Assembly (NCBI GenBank): GCA_964531015.1
Contig: CAZHCP010000002.1
Span: 1-47,938 of the forward strand
From: an uncultured Muribaculaceae bacterium
Lineage (GTDB): Bacteria; Cyanobacteriota; Vampirovibrionia; Gastranaerophilales; Gastranaerophilaceae
Direction of reading: 5' to 3'
Length of the DNA: 47,938 nt
Part shown: piece by piece, positions 45,695-47,938 of the stretch
How positions within the stretch are numbered: the stretch's first letter is position 1
Layout: each line of letters starts with the position of its first letter
The notes under the pieces: generated by a model
The model's database searches: none
What the model was told of the DNA's origin: nothing
What the model saw: the letters and a program-made list of their open reading frames with translations, nothing else
Made by a program: the position numbers and the translations under genes

Positions 45695-46048
45695 GTGGTT
45701 GATAATAGGGCAGCAGGAGTGTTCGGAACTCCGAGCGGTATCAACTTTAAAAGCGGAGATATTTCGGGAACCGCAGCTAAAACCTCTGATGACAGGGCAA
45801 GTCAGGGAACGGAATATTTTATGCTTGAAGGCGAAGAACAAGACGGGCAAGCTCAACCTTTTGTTGACAGAAGTACCGAATTGCAGGCTTCATTAAATTC
45901 GCTCGCTTTGCTAAATGTAGGCTCGGTATTGCGTAACCAAAAACGAAAAATTATGCTTGCGGAGGAAAACGAAGATTGTTCCGCTAAAAATAAATCTGCC
46001 GATGTCGAAAAAGTTACGGAAGATAAATCGGAAGAAAAAGAACAATAA
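45695..46048 (+). CDS. small Gly/Ala/Ser-rich then acidic hypothetical protein (117 aa)
   Basis: GTG start 9 nt after TAGGAG. The N-terminus MVDNRAAGVFGTPSGINFKSGD contains the same INFK(S)G motif as the leader family. The 5' half is locally G+C-rich. Confidence 0.55.
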   Translation: MVDNRAAGVFGTPSGINFKSGDISGTAAKTSDDRASQGTEYFMLEGEEQDGQAQPFVDRSTELQASLNSLALLNVGSVLRNQKRKIMLAEENEDCSAKNKSADVEKVTEDKSEEKEQ

Positions 46049-46069
46049 AAGTTCCGTCAGTCAGTATAA

Positions 46070-47233
46070 ATGGAATTAAAAAGAGTAGCAACAGTTTTTT
46101 TTATTTTGATGTCGATGTTTGTAAATAATTGTACAAACACGGCTTTATGTGTGGAATTTTCCGATGTCCCGCAAGGATATTGGGCGTACAAAGAAATTGA
46201 TAAAATTACGGATTGGAAAATAATGCACGGAGATAAACTCGGCAGATTTAATCCGTCAAAAAAAATAACAAGAGCGGAATATGCAGTTGCCGTGATAAAA
46301 GCAATCGGACAAGAAAAATCCGGAATTGAAAAAATGTATTCGTTTGAGGATATTGATAATAAAAATCCTGCGTTTCCTTATCTACTGCGAGCAATAAACT
46401 TGGGAATTACAGAACCTATTGACGAGAAACATTATTATCCCGATGAATATGTTTCAAAAGCAGAAATAATAACATTTTTGGTAAATATATTAAAATCGGA
46501 AGAAATAACCAAAAAAGAGGCAATATACGCCCTGCAAAATACTTATGCCGATTTTGACGATATTCCCGATTGGTTTAAAATTACGGCGGGTAAAGCGGAA
46601 GTACTTGATATTGTTGCAAAAGAACCGCCGAGAGAAAATTATTTGGATTGCAACGAGTATTTGACCAAGGGGCAAACGGCAGTATTTTTATATAATTTCA
46701 GACGTGAAATCGCAAAATATAAAGCGGAAAAAATAGAAAAAGAAACATCCCCAAAAATTGCGGAAGGAATAACCCTTGAAAACGTAATTCGTCAAAACGA
46801 TGTTGTTACAATCCCGATAAAAACACTGCTCCCGATTGTTGTTTCCGGTCAAATAAATTCCGATAAATCAAATGAAGGTCAGATGTTTAAGGCAAAATTC
46901 GTAAATAATCTTGTTGATAAAGAAAATCATTTGTTGCTATCAAAAGATATTTTGCTTGTCGGTAAAATTTTGGAAGCAAAAAAGAGTAAATTATTTTTGA
47001 ATAACGGCGAAATTATTTTTGAATTATCCGCCGTAAAAAATAATAATATATATACACGAATAATGGCTTATGCCGAATGTGAAGGTCAAAAAATATCCAA
47101 AAATAAAATAAAAAAAGTTGCCGGCAATATATTAAAAGGAAATAAATTTGTTGCCAAAGACGGCGATATCATATACGTTAAATTGTTCCGCCCGATAAGA
47201 GTTAATATTGTTACCGGTGAAGTGTTGGATTAA
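46070..47233 (+). CDS. SLH (S-layer homology) domain protein with signal peptide
   Basis: Three SLH units: FSDVPQGYWAYKEIDKI...ITRAEYAVAVIKA, FEDIDNKNPAFPYLLRAINLGI...VSKAEIITFLVN and FDDIPDWFKITAGKAEVLDIV...LTKGQTAVFLYN. Confidence 0.8.
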   Translation: MELKRVATVFFILMSMFVNNCTNTALCVEFSDVPQGYWAYKEIDKITDWKIMHGDKLGRFNPSKKITRAEYAVAVIKAIGQEKSGIEKMYSFEDIDNKNPAFPYLLRAINLGITEPIDEKHYYPDEYVSKAEIITFLVNILKSEEITKKEAIYALQNTYADFDDIPDWFKITAGKAEVLDIVAKEPPRENYLDCNEYLTKGQTAVFLYNFRREIAKYKAEKIEKETSPKIAEGITLENVIRQNDVVTIPIKTLLPIVVSGQINSDKSNEGQMFKAKFVNNLVDKENHLLLSKDILLVGKILEAKKSKLFLNNGEIIFELSAVKNNNIYTRIMAYAECEGQKISKNKIKKVAGNILKGNKFVAKDGDIIYVKLFRPIRVNIVTGEVLD

Positions 47234-47248
47234 GGTAAAAAATTCGAA

Positions 47249-47270
47249 TGCCTTTATGCCTCACAAGGCA
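47249..47270 (-). terminator. possible terminator hairpin downstream of the prepilin gene
   Basis: TGCCTT / AAGGCA 6-bp stem with a 10-nt loop. On the minus strand a T-run follows after 6 nt. Confidence 0.3.
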
Positions 47271-47384
47271 ATTAACCGGAGGGTGGCATACCTTCGGGAA
47301 TATCATCAATATCAATGATGTTTATATTATCACTACCACTCATGATATCCTTAGTCGGACAAAAGGTTCAATTTTTGTATTATA

Positions 47385-47938
47385 TCAATGCTTAATGTAC
47401 ATCAAACGTTGAGAAGACCTTTCGGTTGCCCTGTTTGGTTTTTTCAGTCCGTTAATATCTATAAACAAATTGGGGAAATTCGTGTATCCGCAAGGAACCT
47501 TATTGTTTTCATCACAAAACATATTATAGTTGCGAAATCCCTCAATACAAAAAATAAAACCATCTTGGGTAACAAATGAATTTTGAGAATTAGGATAACA
47601 ATTCCCGGCAAGGTTATAATGATTGGGGAAAGTACTATAATCAACATCAATTACATTCATGTGTTTTTTGAACACATAATTAATTAAATCTTCGATTGTC
47701 GAATAATCCCTTACACTTAAACCGTCAAGGGCATAATGAAGAGTTAATGCCTGATTAAGGGCAGAAATTGATTTTTTTACTTTACTCTTATATTCTTCGG
47801 CATTTGTATTATTTATAAGGGAAGGAACTGCTATTGCCACAATAACGCCAATAATAACAAGTGTTATGAGAACCTCAGAGAGCGTAAATGCCTGTAATCT
47901 CTCGGGGGGGGGTAAATCGATATCCGCTATTCCTACTC
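47385..47938 (-). CDS. type IV prepilin-like protein (class III signal peptide); 5' end with C9 tract reaches the window edge
   Basis: In-frame from 47891: AFTLSEVLITLVIIGVIVAIAVPSLINN... (Glu at +5, hydrophobic N-terminal helix), stop at 47385. Upstream leader codons include a C9 run (47904-47912). Confidence 0.8.
   Translation of the reverse strand, partial: VGIADIDLPPPERLQAFTLSEVLITLVIIGVIVAIAVPSLINNTNAEEYKSKVKKSISALNQALTLHYALDGLSVRDYSTIEDLINYVFKKHMNVIDVDYSTFPNHYNLAGNCYPNSQNSFVTQDGFIFCIEGFRNYNMFCDENNKVPCGYTNFPNLFIDINGLKKPNRATERSSQRLMYIKH
47866..47938. repeat. direct repeat copy B (conserved prepilin 5' cassette), paralogous to 1-74
   Basis: Hand alignment to 1-74. Differences are at the first 3 nt, g/a in GTGAATG vs GTAAATG, G10 vs G9, and GACTTCC vs GATATCC. 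Confidence 0.85.
47904..47912. repeat. homopolymeric G9 tract (C9 on the coding strand of the prepilin leader)
   Basis: Direct count: 7 g at 47904-47910 plus gg at 47911-47912. Confidence 0.9.

Noticed and set aside
47272-47343. 23-codon minus-strand ORF (MSGSDNINIIDIDDIPEGMPPSG) just downstream of the prepilin gene.
   Set aside because: It is too short, has no convincing RBS and has no recognisable family. It could be real but cannot be supported from sequence alone.
1-47938. The terminal repeats as evidence of a circular replicon (plasmid or phage) with overlapping ends.
   Set aside because: The two copies differ by several substitutions and in tract length, and both continue into different pilin bodies. 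They are paralogues, not an assembly overlap. I saw no replication, partition, integrase or phage structural genes.
1-47938. Scan for CRISPR arrays, tRNA/rRNA genes, IS elements, integrases and group II intron or DGR features.
   Set aside because: I saw no regularly spaced direct repeats with spacers and no tRNA-like T-arm/acceptor patterns. I saw no transposase or integrase motifs, and no template/variable repeat pair near the RT. Absence is by eye only and should be confirmed with tRNAscan-SE, Infernal, ISEScan and minCED.

Overview
AT-rich window (roughly one-third G+C by eye), standard genetic code, about 42 credible CDS. It looks like a whole assembly contig. I saw no rRNA, tRNA, CRISPR array, transposase or integrase. 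Housekeeping and metabolic genes include ffh, a type I-beta DAHP synthase, a Ski2-like helicase, HAD phosphatases, a thioesterase and a TPR protein. A tightly coupled eight-gene minus-strand operon (37634 down to 28360) reads adhE, rex, 2Fe-2S ferredoxin, sensory PAS-[FeFe]-hydrogenase, PP2C phosphatase, 2Fe-2S ferredoxin, catalytic [FeFe]-hydrogenase, Fe-ADH. SLH-domain and prepilin genes plus an LdpA-like Fe-S protein suggest a fermentative diderm, perhaps a Melainabacteria/Vampirovibrionia-like gut organism; this is inference only. Four things stand out. (1) At 37896-40229 a translationally coupled operon encodes a small HTH protein, an intact RtcB RNA ligase and a short retron-type reverse transcriptase. 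Beside it lie a DnaB-C-terminal-only ATPase, a WYL regulator and an HNH nuclease, giving a defence-island-like cluster with an RT partner I do not recognise from characterised retron/DRT classes. (2) At least eight otherwise unrelated proteins share a non-hydrophobic N-terminal leader (M-K/Q/N/R-I/V-S/N ... F-K/G/C-G at about residue 15-56). Their domains are GNAT, HicA-like, PARP-like ART, HD, amidohydrolase, a 9x HTH array, HNH and a polytopic membrane protein. (3) Both window edges carry about 93% identical prepilin 5' cassettes with a poly-G/C tract of different length (10 vs 9) inside the leader codons, a candidate phase-variation switch. (4) A run of about 10-bp-phased A-tracts lies upstream of one leader-family gene. 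All coordinates of motifs were counted by hand.
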